Below are positions 29,682-39,280 of a stretch of DNA of 64,000 nucleotides, in pieces (the stretch's first letter is position 1; every line of letters starts with the position of its first letter). The stretch covers positions 47,064-111,063 of the forward strand of contig JAJYJK010000004.1 in the NCBI GenBank assembly GCA_021789555.1, in the 5' to 3' direction. Made by a program: the position numbers and the translations under genes. This DNA comes from Nitrospirota bacterium (GTDB taxonomy: Bacteria; Nitrospirota; Thermodesulfovibrionia; Thermodesulfovibrionales; JdFR-88). The notes under the pieces were generated by a model. It did not search any database. It saw only the letters and a program-made list of their open reading frames with translations, and was not told the DNA's origin.

Positions 29682-29820
29682 CTGTAGATGATAACACGGC
29701 CGGTTTTTAAAAATGACGCCCGGTGATAGCAGTTATCCCGGCCTCCTTCCTGCTTATGCCGCCTGATTTGATGTAAACAAAACATTGGCGTTAAAATAAG
29801 GGTGAAAAACGAAACCGCAC

Positions 29821-30606
29821 GTGAGGAAGATAAGACTCCTGCTCGAATATGATGGCGCGCGCTACAGCGGCTGGCAGAGCCAGCGTAAGGGCGATAGTGT
29901 CCCCACCATCCAGGAAGCAATTGAAAAACAACTAAAAAAGTTCCTGAAATCCGAAGGCGTGTCCGTCGTCTCCGCGGGCAGGACGGACGCGGGCGTACAC
30001 GCCCTGGGGCAGGTGGCGACCTTCATCGCGGGCCCGGACTTCGGGCTTGCGCCGCAGACCGTGAAGAAGGCCCTCAATGCCATGTTGCCGCCCGACATCA
30101 GCGTCATCGAGGCAAGCGACTGCCCCGCGGAGTTTCACCCCAGGCGGGACGCGATAAAAAAGACCTACTTCTACCTGATCGCGGCCACAACGCGCCCGCC
30201 CGTCTTTGTCAGGCCGTACACGTGGCGGCTCCCCTTTCAACTGGACCTGGAGAGGATGAAAATGGCGGCCCGGCCACTTGTCGGCAGGAGGGATTTCACC
30301 TCTTTCAGGGCGTCCGGCTGCGGGGCGAATACGCCTGTGAAAGAGGTCCTGTCGGCCGAAATAACGCCGCTTCGGGAGGTGGAGTTCCTGACCGTGCGTC
30401 TAAGCGGAGATTTCCTAAGGATCAGCATTACGGCGGACGGGTTTTTGAGGCACATGGCCAGAAACATCGTGGGCACGCTCGTGGAGGCCGGAAGGGGAAG
30501 GATAAGGCCGGAACAGATGGAGGAGATCATAGCCGCCCGTGACAGGAGGCTTGCGGGACCGACCGCGCCCGCCCACGGACTGTTCCTTGAGCGGGTGTAT
30601 TACTAG
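29821..30606 (+). CDS. truA: tRNA pseudouridine(38-40) synthase
   Basis: EYDG..YSGWQ, AGRTDAGVHALGQ, FLRHMARNIVG, TAPAHGLFL. Confidence 0.96.
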   Translation: MRKIRLLLEYDGARYSGWQSQRKGDSVPTIQEAIEKQLKKFLKSEGVSVVSAGRTDAGVHALGQVATFIAGPDFGLAPQTVKKALNAMLPPDISVIEASDCPAEFHPRRDAIKKTYFYLIAATTRPPVFVRPYTWRLPFQLDLERMKMAARPLVGRRDFTSFRASGCGANTPVKEVLSAEITPLREVEFLTVRLSGDFLRISITADGFLRHMARNIVGTLVEAGRGRIRPEQMEEIIAARDRRLAGPTAPAHGLFLERVYY

Positions 30607-30650
30607 AAACTGGAGACTGAAAACCGGGGCTGGCGACTAAAAACCAGAGA
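30602..30650 (+). repeat. Degenerate heptamer tandem repeat between convergent truA and dksA-like genes
   Basis: ACTAGAA ACTGGAG ACTGAAA ACCGGGG -CTGGCG ACTAAAA ACCAGAG. Confidence 0.5.
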
Positions 30651-30670
30651 TTCGGCAGGACGCCGCGACG

Positions 30671-31273
30671 TCAGATGCCGGTTTCCCGCTCCATCGCCTC
30701 CATTATCTCTCTTTTCTCCTGGTCGTCCTTGCAGTATATGGCGAAAGGCATCACCTTCAGGCGTTCGAGGTCTATCTCCTCGCCGCACTCCTCGCAGATG
30801 CCGTAGGTGCCCTCGTCGAGCTTTCTCAGGGCCTCATCGATCTTGGCCAGGTTCTCCCGGTGGGTGCTGAGCTGTTTCAGGCTTATGTCCTCGGAAAGGT
30901 CGACCACAGACCAGTCGCCGTCATCCAGGGCGGTCTCCACGATCTGCCTGTTTTCTCCGCTGATGATCCTGCCTATCTCCTTTTTCGCTTCGCCCAGGAT
31001 CATGCCGCGCTGCCGGATGAGCTCCCTTCTGAGCGCAAGCTCCCTTTCGTCGGGCGCCTCCGTCCTTGTTTTCTTCGGAGGGATTTCCGCCGCCGGGGCC
31101 GTCTTCGGCTTGGTCCTGCCGGCCGCCGCTTTCGCCTTTGCCGGGCGCGAGGTCCTTACCGGATGAGAGGTTTTTTCCGCATGGGGGGTCTTTTCCGCCT
31201 TCTTTTGCCCCGTCTGTCCCCGGGCGGACGCCTGCCTGCCCGCGGGGCCTTTCACAATTTTTTTCGGGGGCAT
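30671..31273 (-). CDS. DksA/TraR family protein with a Lys/Ala/Pro-rich N-terminal tail
   Basis: IDEAL.KL..GTYGICEECGEEI...RL..MPFA.YC. Confidence 0.85.
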   Translation of the reverse strand: MPPKKIVKGPAGRQASARGQTGQKKAEKTPHAEKTSHPVRTSRPAKAKAAAGRTKPKTAPAAEIPPKKTRTEAPDERELALRRELIRQRGMILGEAKKEIGRIISGENRQIVETALDDGDWSVVDLSEDISLKQLSTHRENLAKIDEALRKLDEGTYGICEECGEEIDLERLKVMPFAIYCKDDQEKREIMEAMERETGI

Positions 31274-31275
31274 TT

Positions 31276-31416
31276 TTATTTTTTCTCCTGCTCTGCGGGA
31301 TCGGTTTCCTTATATATCTCCTGGATGCTCCTGATCTTGATGCCTGCCTGTTGCAGGGCCTTCTGTATATCGACGGTCTTTGCGTCTTCTACTTTCAGCA
31401 TGAAATTGGATTTCAT
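31276..31416 (-). CDS. Small hypothetical protein, 46 aa (below the ORF-track cutoff)
   Basis: MKSNFMLKVEDAKTVDIQKALQQAGIKIRSIQEIYKETDPAEQEKK; fills the frr-dksA gap almost exactly; GGAGG SD in the frr 3' end. Confidence 0.75.
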   Translation of the reverse strand: MKSNFMLKVEDAKTVDIQKALQQAGIKIRSIQEIYKETDPAEQEKK

Positions 31417-31419
31417 CGT

Positions 31420-31977
31420 CTAGACCTCCATTATCTCTTTTTCCTTGGTTTCAAGAAGGCCGTCAACCTTCCCGATGTAGGAATCGGTTATTTTCTGGAC
31501 CTCGGCGATGGTCTTTTTCACCTCGTCCTCGCTCATGTGCTGGTCCTTCTCGAGCTTCTTGACGCCTTCGTTCATGTCGCGCCGGACGTTCCTGAGGGCC
31601 ACCCTCGTCTCCTCGGCCTTTTTCCTTACCACCTTAACCAGCTCGCGCCTGCGCTCCTCCGTGAGCATGGGGATTGGCAGCCTGATGAGCTTCCCGTCAT
31701 TGGCGGGCGTCAGGCCGAGGTCGGACTTCATCAGGGCCCGCTCTATCTCGCCTATCATCTTCTGCTCCCAGGGCTGAATGACTATGAGGCGGCTCTCGGG
31801 CACCGAGAGGGCGGCCACCTGCTGAAGCGGGGTGGGGGTGTTGTAGTAATCGACCATTATGCCCTCCAGGAGCGCCAGCGAGGCCCTGCCGGTCCGCACC
31901 GCATTGAATTCCTTCCGGAGGATGTCCAGGGCGGCGTCCATCCGGTGCAGGAGCTTGTCTTTCAGCGCCTTTTCCAT
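31420..31977 (-). CDS. frr: Ribosome recycling factor
   Basis: RTGRAS, VDYYNTPTPLQQVA, LTEERR.ELVK, RNVRRD. Confidence 0.97.
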   Translation of the reverse strand: MEKALKDKLLHRMDAALDILRKEFNAVRTGRASLALLEGIMVDYYNTPTPLQQVAALSVPESRLIVIQPWEQKMIGEIERALMKSDLGLTPANDGKLIRLPIPMLTEERRRELVKVVRKKAEETRVALRNVRRDMNEGVKKLEKDQHMSEDEVKKTIAEVQKITDSYIGKVDGLLETKEKEIMEV

Positions 31978-31978
31978 A

Positions 31979-32758
31979 TCACTCTATTATAGTGCCTACT
32001 TTCTTGCCCGCGAGGAGGCCCTTTATGTTGCCTCTCCCCTTGAGATTAAATACCACAATCGGCATGTGGTTGTCCATACATAAAGTTATGGCGGTGGAAT
32101 CCATCACCTTGAGGCCCTTCCTTATCACGTCCAGGTAGGATATCCTGTCGAACTTCTTCGCCCTGGGGTCCTTGATCGGGTCGGCCGAATAGACGCCGTC
32201 GACCTTGGTCGCCTTGAAGATCACGTCCGCGCCGATTTCCATGGCCCTCAGGGCCGCGGCGGTGTCCGTGGTGAAGTAAGGGTTTCCGGTGCCGGCGGCG
32301 AAGATGACGACCCTGCCCTTTTCGAGGTGCCTTACCGCCTTTCTCCTTATATACGGCTCGGCAAGCTCGCGCATCTCTATGGCGGACTGCACCCTGGTGG
32401 GGATGCCCAGCTTCTCAAGGGCGTTCTGGACGGCAAGGGCGTTTATGACTGTCGCAAGCATGCCCATGTAATCCGCCGCGGAGCGCTCCATGCCCTGGGC
32501 CGACGCCTCGACGCCCCTGAATATGTTCCCGCCGCCTATGACGAGGGCCACCTGGACGCCGGTCTTCAGCGTCTCCCGGACCTCGCGGGCTATGTAATCG
32601 ACGGTCCCGGGGTCTATCCCGTAAGAGCGTTCCCCCATCAGGGCCTCGCCGCTTAGCTTTATCAGAAGGCGCGTGAAGACGGGTTTCTTCACCTTTTTGG
32701 GGGCGGGGCCGCCCCTGCTATTTCGCACTTTTGCTTTCGCCAAGCTGGTACCTTGCAA
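31979..32758 (-). CDS. pyrH: UMP kinase (exact start uncertain, overlapping the tsf end)
   Basis: [33 protein letters not shown]. Confidence 0.96.
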   Translation of the reverse strand: MQGTSLAKAKVRNSRGGPAPKKVKKPVFTRLLIKLSGEALMGERSYGIDPGTVDYIAREVRETLKTGVQVALVIGGGNIFRGVEASAQGMERSAADYMGMLATVINALAVQNALEKLGIPTRVQSAIEMRELAEPYIRRKAVRHLEKGRVVIFAAGTGNPYFTTDTAAALRAMEIGADVIFKATKVDGVYSADPIKDPRAKKFDRISYLDVIRKGLKVMDSTAITLCMDNHMPIVVFNLKGRGNIKGLLAGKKVGTIIE

Positions 32759-33320
32759 AACGCCTGACTACGATGTTTTCCCCGATCTTGGCCACCTTTT
32801 CGGTGATGATGTCCTTCACCTTCTTCTTGCCCTCCGGGTCCTTCACGAATATCTGGTCCAGGAGGCAGCTCTCCTCGTAAAACTTCTCGATTTTCCCCTG
32901 GATTATCTTTTCGACGACATGGTCCGGCTTGCCCTGGACCTGCGCCTTGTAGATTTCCTTCTCGTGGTCGAGGACGTCCTGGGGGACGTCCTCCCGCTGC
33001 AGATAGGCCGGGCTTGCCGCCGCCACGTGCATGGCGATGTCCTTTGCGAGCCCCCGGAAATCATCCGTGCGGGCGACGAAGTCCGTCTCGCAGTTCAGTT
33101 CCAGCAGCACGCCTATCTTGTCCATGTGGATATAGGAGCTTACGAGTCCCTGGGAGGCCGCGCGCGCGGACTTTTTCTGCGCGGTCGCCATCCCCTTCTG
33201 CCTGAGGATGTCGACTGCCTTGTCCAGGTCCCCGCCGGAGGCCTCAAGGGCCTTTTTGCACTCCATCATCCCTGCGCCGGTTTTCTCCCGCAGGTCCCTG
33301 ACCAGTTCCGCCGTAATCAT
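32718..33320 (-). CDS. tsf: Elongation factor Ts (short form)
   Basis: [35 protein letters not shown]. Confidence 0.97.
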   Translation of the reverse strand: MITAELVRDLREKTGAGMMECKKALEASGGDLDKAVDILRQKGMATAQKKSARAASQGLVSSYIHMDKIGVLLELNCETDFVARTDDFRGLAKDIAMHVAAASPAYLQREDVPQDVLDHEKEIYKAQVQGKPDHVVEKIIQGKIEKFYEESCLLDQIFVKDPEGKKKVKDIITEKVAKIGENIVVRRFARYQLGESKSAK

Positions 33321-34159
33321 TGCGCCGCCCCCTCCGGGAGTTCGCCTGCCGAAACGGCGCTCTCCGGGGGCTTTACTCCGGTCAAACCGGCGGGGGCCGC
33401 CTCGGCCGGAGCGGCTTCCTCCGAGGCCTTCTTTTCCTCTATCTTCGCATCCTCGGCCACCTGCGCCGTCTTCTTGTTGTATATCTCCCTGCCTGTTATC
33501 ACGGCTTCGGCCATCTTGGAGGATATGAGCGTTATGGCCCTGATGGCGTCATCGTTGCCGGGGATGACATAATCTATCTCATCCGGGTCGCAGTTCGTGT
33601 CGACTATCGCCACCGAGGGAATGGAGAGCTTCCTTACCTCCGAGACCACTATCCTCTCCTTCTTGGGGTCGACGATAAAGACCGCCCCCGGAAGCGAGGT
33701 CATGCCCTTTATGCCGCTCAGGTTTTTATCCAGCTTGGCCCTTTCCTTCTCGATACGGGACACTTCCTTTTTGGTGAGGCGGTTATACGTGCCGTCCTCG
33801 CGCATCACGTCTATCTTTTTAAGCCTGTCGATGCTCTTCCTGACCGTCTGGAAATTGGTCAGCATCCCGCCCAGCCAGCGCTGGTTCACCCAGAAAACGC
33901 CGGCCCTCTTCGCCTCTTCCGAGATGGAGTCCTGGGCCTGCTTTTTCGTGCCCACAAATAAAACGGTCTGATTTTCCGCCGCCACATCCCGGATGAAATT
34001 GTAGGCCTCTTCGAGCCCCTTCAGGGTCTTTTGCAGGTCGATGATGTAGATACCGTTTCTTTCCCCGAAGATGTACCGCTTCATCTTGGGGTTCCATCTC
34101 TTGACCTGGTGCCCGAAATGGACGCCGGCCTCGAGAAGCTCCTTCATTGTCGCTATCAT
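33317..34159 (-). CDS. rpsB: 30S ribosomal protein S2
   Basis: [38 protein letters not shown]. Confidence 0.98.
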   Translation of the reverse strand: MIATMKELLEAGVHFGHQVKRWNPKMKRYIFGERNGIYIIDLQKTLKGLEEAYNFIRDVAAENQTVLFVGTKKQAQDSISEEAKRAGVFWVNQRWLGGMLTNFQTVRKSIDRLKKIDVMREDGTYNRLTKKEVSRIEKERAKLDKNLSGIKGMTSLPGAVFIVDPKKERIVVSEVRKLSIPSVAIVDTNCDPDEIDYVIPGNDDAIRAITLISSKMAEAVITGREIYNKKTAQVAEDAKIEEKKASEEAAPAEAAPAGLTGVKPPESAVSAGELPEGAAQ

Positions 34160-34179
34160 TGTTTGCCCTTCCTCCTTCA

Positions 34180-34256
34180 GGTTTTTATCCTCCGTCCTCG
34201 CCCCTTCACCCGGAGCATCCGAGACCAGCCGGGGTCGATTTGCCGGACGTGTGTAA
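34180..34256 (-). ncRNA. rpsB 5' leader (S2 autoregulatory structure)
   Basis: Minus strand ACACACGTCC...CCCCGG...CCGGG...GGACGGAGG...AAAAACC: outer CGTCC/GGACG stem and inner CCCGG/CCGGG stem, matching the ACACAC...GGAGG layout of rpsB leaders. Confidence 0.65.
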
Positions 34257-34439
34257 GTTAGCTTATTAGCTTAGCATGTAAACCTCTTTTTTACAAGATT
34301 AATTAAGGATTTGCACGCCCACCCGCCTTCTGCCTTATATCCAATTGCTTGCGCCGGCACTGTTTGAAAAACGCCGGGCGATGGCGGCGCTATCTTCCGT
34401 AGTTTCAGTCTTGGGAGGACCGTGTTAAAATCACATACC

Positions 34440-35168
34440 ATGACAGGGCTGATTTCATCCGTCCCATTCGAGGCCGACCTGATACTTGATTCGTTTAAGA
34501 GGAAGAAAATTTCCGCCCCGCTTGTCGAGGGGACGATTGGGGAGAGAGGGAAAAAAGCGGCCTACATATGCTCCGGCATCGGAATTGCCAACGCTGCGCG
34601 CGCAGTGGCCATCCTGGCTGAAAGGAAAAAACCGGAGGCGATCTTTCTCTTTGGCATAGGGGGGGCGTATCCCTCCTCGGGCCTCAAAAAGGGAGACCTT
34701 GCGGCCGCCGAGGTGGAAATCTACGCCGAAGGCGGCCTGATCCGGGAAAAAGGCTGGGCAAAGACCGGGGGCGCATCAAAAGTGCAAAATTATGACGGGT
34801 TCAGGGTTTTGGGATTTCCGCTTTTAAAGAAGGACGGGAAGGTCTTTTTCAGCAGTTTCCCCCTGGACAGGCGCCTGCTTAAAGAGGCAAAAAAACGCAT
34901 CCCGGACTTGAGGACGGGCCGTTTTCTTACGGTATGCGCAGCCGGCAGGTCGACAAGAAAAGCCGGCCCCCTCGGGGCCGGATACGGCGCGATTGTGGAG
35001 AATATGGAGGGCGCGGCGGCGGCCCATACGGCCCTATTCTACGGTATCCCCCTCATTGAGATTAGGGGGATAAGCAACATGGCCGGAGAGCCGCCTTCAA
35101 AGTGGCGCAAGCAGGAGGCCGCGCGCAACTGCCAGACGGCGGTGTTGAGGTTGCTGGAATTTTTATAA
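34440..35168 (+). CDS. mqnB: Futalosine hydrolase (MTAN/PNP family)
   Basis: SGIGIANAA, FGIGGAY, ENMEGAAAAH, EIRGISN. An alternative GTG start exists at 34422. Confidence 0.8.
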   Translation: MTGLISSVPFEADLILDSFKRKKISAPLVEGTIGERGKKAAYICSGIGIANAARAVAILAERKKPEAIFLFGIGGAYPSSGLKKGDLAAAEVEIYAEGGLIREKGWAKTGGASKVQNYDGFRVLGFPLLKKDGKVFFSSFPLDRRLLKEAKKRIPDLRTGRFLTVCAAGRSTRKAGPLGAGYGAIVENMEGAAAAHTALFYGIPLIEIRGISNMAGEPPSKWRKQEAARNCQTAVLRLLEFL

Positions 35169-35246
35169 AATTTTGCCCTTGGCCGACTGCATTTTTAAAC
35201 GCTTCCCCTTTTGAAAATATTCCGCCCGGACTTGTATAATTAGCCG

Positions 35247-35312
35247 ATGCCCCCGGAACTACAATGCCTCCCGGAAATACAATGCCATGAAATTCCTCCC
35301 GCTTCACAATGA
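35247..35312 (+). other. Putative leaderless uORF (21 aa) coupled to the ClC gene
   Basis: TATAAT-N6-ATG; encodes MPPELQCLPEIQCHEIPPASQ; its TGA overlaps the ClC ATG (ATGA). Confidence 0.45.
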
Positions 35313-37123
35313 AAGATGTAATTAAAGTTTCCGGCAAGCAGGAAACCAGCAGGCTTGAAGAGCTGGTCGTCGTCCTCAAGAAATTCCATATCACGGAACA
35401 CACCGCCCTTATAATCCTCTCTTTCCTTGTCGGAGCGCTTGCGGGGCTTGCAAACATCCTTTTCCGCACAACGATGAACTTCATCCATCAGCTTGTCTTC
35501 GTCCAGGGCTCGGAACTCCTCTCCATAGACCATGGCGGCATGTTCAGGGCCCTCCTGCCGCTGCTGCCGATGGCGGGGGCCCTTCTTCTTGTCCCCCTCT
35601 CGCTGGCCTTTCCGGGCGAGGTAAACGGCTATGGTTTTCCAAGATTCATCGAGCTTGTAAACATCAGGGGCGGCGTAATCAAGATAAGAAACATCCTGCT
35701 TAAAACACTTTCGGCCGGCCTCACGATCGGCTCCGGCGGCTCGGCGGGCATTGAGGGGCCTATTGCCATCATAGGGGGAACCGTGGGTTCGGGAATAGGG
35801 CAGCTCTTCCGGGCATCGGGGAGCCGGATGAAGCTTTTGATAGCCGCGGGCTCCGCCGGAGCAATGGCCGCCACCTTCAATGCCCCGATAGCGGGCGTGA
35901 TGTTCGCAACAGAGATAGTGCTCCTCGGCAATTACGAGCTTTCATCCTTTGCGGCCATAGTCATCTCCTCCGGAATCGCCACCGTCATATCCAGGGGGTT
36001 TTACGGCTCGACGCCGGCATTCTCCGTACCGCAATACCGGTTGAGAAGTCCGGTCGAGATACCTCTTTACATATTTTTCGGGGTGCTGGTCGGCATACTT
36101 GCCGTCTTCTACATACGGGTGTTCCACTGGATAAAAGACGGGTTTGACGCCCTGAAGGTGCATCCCCAGGTTAAACCCGTAACCGGGGCTTTTATCGTGG
36201 GCGCAATTGGCATATTCCTCCCCCAGGTCATGGGAAACGGATATGAGTTCATAGAGGTCTCTCTTGTGGGCAAGATGATTTTCCCGGTGGTATTGGCGCT
36301 CGTCTTCTTAAAACTCGTTGCCACCAGTGTCACCATCGGCTCGGGGGGCGCGGGCGGGGTCTTCGCGCCGTCTCTTTTTATCGGGGCGATGGTCGGAGAA
36401 AGTTACGGCTACATTGTCCATTGGCTTTTCCCCGCCTACACGGCATCTCCGGGGGCTTACGCCACCGTAGGCGTCGGCTCGTTCCTTGCCGCAGCGACGC
36501 ACGCCCCGCTTACGGGCATCTTCCTTCTCTTCGAGATGACCGGCAACTACCAGATAATAATCCCCCTCATGTTCTCCTCCATAATCGGCACCCTTGTCGC
36601 CAAAAGGCTTTTTTCGGACTCGATCGACACCGTGGAGATTACGAGAAAAGGGATAAAGATACACATGGGACGGGAAGTGGCCATCATGAGCAGCATCAAG
36701 GTAAAAAACGTCATGAGGAAAGATTTTATAACTGCGCCCGAGGACGCCACACTGGACAAGATAATAAACGACATGATTGGCAAAGAGAAATTCTATATTC
36801 CCGTAGTCGACGCCAAAGGACTGATGACGGGCATAGTCTCGTTCCAGGACATAAGGCCCGTGCTCCTTGAGGAGCAGGTAAAAGAAATAGTCAGGGCAAA
36901 GCAGATCGCAACCGAAGAGGTCATCGTGATGTACCCGGATGAAGACCTCAACGCCGCCGTCGAAAGGTTTTCCCTAAAGGATATAGCCGAGGTCCCGGTA
37001 GTAAGCAGGGACAACCCCCAAAAGGTAATCGGGATGTTAAGCAGAGGAGATGTAATTTCGGCTTACAATAAAGAGGTCCTGAAAAAATCCGCCCCTCCCA
37101 TCGAAACCTCCTGGATTATCTAA
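35309..37123 (+). CDS. ClC family chloride channel/antiporter with C-terminal CBS pair
   Basis: GSGGSAGIEGP, FNAPIAG, GGVFAPSL, two CBS domains. Confidence 0.93.
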   Translation: MKDVIKVSGKQETSRLEELVVVLKKFHITEHTALIILSFLVGALAGLANILFRTTMNFIHQLVFVQGSELLSIDHGGMFRALLPLLPMAGALLLVPLSLAFPGEVNGYGFPRFIELVNIRGGVIKIRNILLKTLSAGLTIGSGGSAGIEGPIAIIGGTVGSGIGQLFRASGSRMKLLIAAGSAGAMAATFNAPIAGVMFATEIVLLGNYELSSFAAIVISSGIATVISRGFYGSTPAFSVPQYRLRSPVEIPLYIFFGVLVGILAVFYIRVFHWIKDGFDALKVHPQVKPVTGAFIVGAIGIFLPQVMGNGYEFIEVSLVGKMIFPVVLALVFLKLVATSVTIGSGGAGGVFAPSLFIGAMVGESYGYIVHWLFPAYTASPGAYATVGVGSFLAAATHAPLTGIFLLFEMTGNYQIIIPLMFSSIIGTLVAKRLFSDSIDTVEITRKGIKIHMGREVAIMSSIKVKNVMRKDFITAPEDATLDKIINDMIGKEKFYIPVVDAKGLMTGIVSFQDIRPVLLEEQVKEIVRAKQIATEEVIVMYPDEDLNAAVERFSLKDIAEVPVVSRDNPQKVIGMLSRGDVISAYNKEVLKKSAPPIETSWII

Positions 37124-37183
37124 AAACCGGTCCGGGGCCCGTTGAAGAATTTTCCCCGCCGGTGGGTCCATCCCGCTGAAGGG

Positions 37184-37837
37184 CTAGCTTCGGGCCGCTT
37201 TCAGCGCCTCCATAAACCCTTTGATGTTTTCCCTGATATCGCCGCAGGCGATCGCGCCCGAGACGGCCGTGGCATCGGCCCCGGCCCTTATCACCTGCCC
37301 GATGTTGCCCGGGGTTATCCCGCCGATTGCGACGATGGGGATTTTCACCGCCCGTCTCACTTCAACAAGAGATGAAATCCCCCTGGCCGGGCCCGCGTCT
37401 TTTGTTGCGGTCTCGAAAATGGGGCCAAAGCCGATATAATCGGCCCCGCCCATTGCCGCCTCTTTCGCCTCGGAGATGCTATGGGTCGATATGCCTATCA
37501 GTTTTTGGCCCATAAGCCCCCTGGCCTCTTTGAGAGGGAAATCGTCCTGTCCCAGGTGGACCCCGTCGGCGTCCACCGCGAGGGCGATATCGGGGTAGTC
37601 GTTTATGAAGAGGAGGGCGCCGTTTTCGCGCGTGAGGGCGCGAAGAATTAGCGCGGTCTCCCAGACCTCCCGCCTTGCGGCGTTTTTCATCCTGAGCTGC
37701 ACCCATTTCAGGCCGGCCGAAAGCGCGGCCTCGGCCTGTCTTGCGGCCGGGAAGGGGCAGGCGGATTCCTCCGCCGTGAGAAAGCAGAGCCCGCCAAGGT
37801 AAAGGCCGGGGGTTGGATTATCCGAAAAAGATTTCAT
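37184..37837 (-). CDS. thiE: Thiamine-phosphate synthase
   Basis: VQLRMK, FINDY, DGVHLGQDD, GISTH, DYIGFGPIF.T.TK, VAIGGI. Confidence 0.9.
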   Translation of the reverse strand: MKSFSDNPTPGLYLGGLCFLTAEESACPFPAARQAEAALSAGLKWVQLRMKNAARREVWETALILRALTRENGALLFINDYPDIALAVDADGVHLGQDDFPLKEARGLMGQKLIGISTHSISEAKEAAMGGADYIGFGPIFETATKDAGPARGISSLVEVRRAVKIPIVAIGGITPGNIGQVIRAGADATAVSGAIACGDIRENIKGFMEALKAARS

Positions 37838-37850
37838 CGGAAAAAGGCTG

Positions 37851-37886
37851 CTCCCTCTCCCAACCCTCTCCCATGATGGGAGAGGG
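37851..37886 (+). repeat. BoxC-like repeat, isolated copy
   Basis: CTCCCTCTCCCAACCCTCTCCCATGATGGGAGAGGG between accC and thiE. Confidence 0.75.
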
Positions 37887-37920
37887 TTTCACCATTAAAA
37901 CTGCGGGAAACAAAAAAACG

Positions 37921-39276
37921 TCAGCCCGCGGGGTTCTCGCCCGGGTTATTCAGCTTTTCCAGGAAGGAGGTGTTTATCCTGCCCTCTCTGAAATCCTTGT
38001 TTTCGAGGACCCGCTTATGAAACGGGATCGTCGTTTTTATCCCCTCGATGACGAACTCGTCAAGGGCGCGCTTCATCCTTGCGATGGCCTCCTGCCTGTT
38101 CGCGCCGAACGTAATCAGCTTGGCTATGAGGGAATCGTAATGGGGAGGGACGGTCCAGCCGCAGTAGGCGGCGGTGTCCACCCGCACGCCGGGGCCGCCC
38201 GGCTGGTGCAGGAACTCTATTTTGCCGGGCGAGGGGATGAAGCGGTCGGGGTCTTCCGCGTTTATCCTGCACTCTATGGCCGCGCCCCTCGGCTTGAATA
38301 TCTTTTTCGCCGTGATGGGCTGGCCCGCCGAAAGAAGTATCTGATCCTTCACGAGGTCAACGCCCATGACCATCTCGGTCACCGGGTGCTCGACCTGCAC
38401 CCTGGTGTTGAACTCCATGAAATAGACCTCCTCCTCCGGGGTGACCATGAACTCCACGGTGCCGATGTTCTTGTACTTCACGGCCCTGGCGGCCCTGATG
38501 GCAAGCTCCCCCAGGCGGCGGCGAAGTTTTTCCGAGACAAACGGGGAAGGGGACTCCTCTATGAGTTTTTGGTGCCTGCGCTGAATGGAGCATTCACGCT
38601 CGCCAAGGTGGATGATCCTGCCCTTTGTGTCGGCAAGCACCTGGACCTCTATGTGCCTTACGTCCTGGAGGTACTTTTCAAGATAGAGCTCGCTTGAGCC
38701 GAAGGCCGTAAGCGCCTCCCTCTGGGCCATGAAGAAGGCGTCCTCGACCTGCTCCTCGGCGTTTACTATCTTCATGCCCCTGCCGCCCCCGCCCATCGAG
38801 GCCTTGATGATGCAGGGGAAACCTATCTTCTTTGCGGCCTTTGCGGCCGCGGCCGCGCTGTCCAGTGGGCCGTCGCTGCCGGGGACCACCGGCACACCCC
38901 TTCTCTTCATTACCTGCCTGGCCTTGGCCTTGTCCCCGCCAAGCCGGATATTGTCCGGGGACGGGCCGATAAAGGCGATGCCGGAGGCGGCGCAGGCCTC
39001 GGCGAATTGGGGGTTCTCCGATAAAAAACCGTAGCCGGGATGAATGGCCTCCGAGTCCGTTATCTCGGCTGCGGTCAGAATCGCCGGCACATTCAGGTAG
39101 CTCTGCTCGGTTTGAGCGGGCCCTATGCAGATGGCCTCGTCGGCGAGCCTGACGTGCATGTTCTGCCGGTCGGCCTCCGAGTATACGCCCACCGTGCGGA
39201 TATCGAGCTCCTTGCACGCCCTGATAATTCTCACGGCGATCTCCCCCCGGTTGGCTATCAGTATCTTTTTGTACAT
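37921..39276 (-). CDS. accC: Acetyl-CoA carboxylase, biotin carboxylase subunit
   Basis: ANRGEIA, HPGYGFLSEN, GGGGRGM, CSIQRRHQK, NTRVQVEH. Confidence 0.97.
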   Translation of the reverse strand: MYKKILIANRGEIAVRIIRACKELDIRTVGVYSEADRQNMHVRLADEAICIGPAQTEQSYLNVPAILTAAEITDSEAIHPGYGFLSENPQFAEACAASGIAFIGPSPDNIRLGGDKAKARQVMKRRGVPVVPGSDGPLDSAAAAAKAAKKIGFPCIIKASMGGGGRGMKIVNAEEQVEDAFFMAQREALTAFGSSELYLEKYLQDVRHIEVQVLADTKGRIIHLGERECSIQRRHQKLIEESPSPFVSEKLRRRLGELAIRAARAVKYKNIGTVEFMVTPEEEVYFMEFNTRVQVEHPVTEMVMGVDLVKDQILLSAGQPITAKKIFKPRGAAIECRINAEDPDRFIPSPGKIEFLHQPGGPGVRVDTAAYCGWTVPPHYDSLIAKLITFGANRQEAIARMKRALDEFVIEGIKTTIPFHKRVLENKDFREGRINTSFLEKLNNPGENPAG

Positions 39277-39280
39277 TGCC

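Noticed and set aside
37838-37920. TPP riboswitch before thiE
   Set aside because: No CTGAGA or ACCTGA motifs; the gap holds a BoxC-like repeat.
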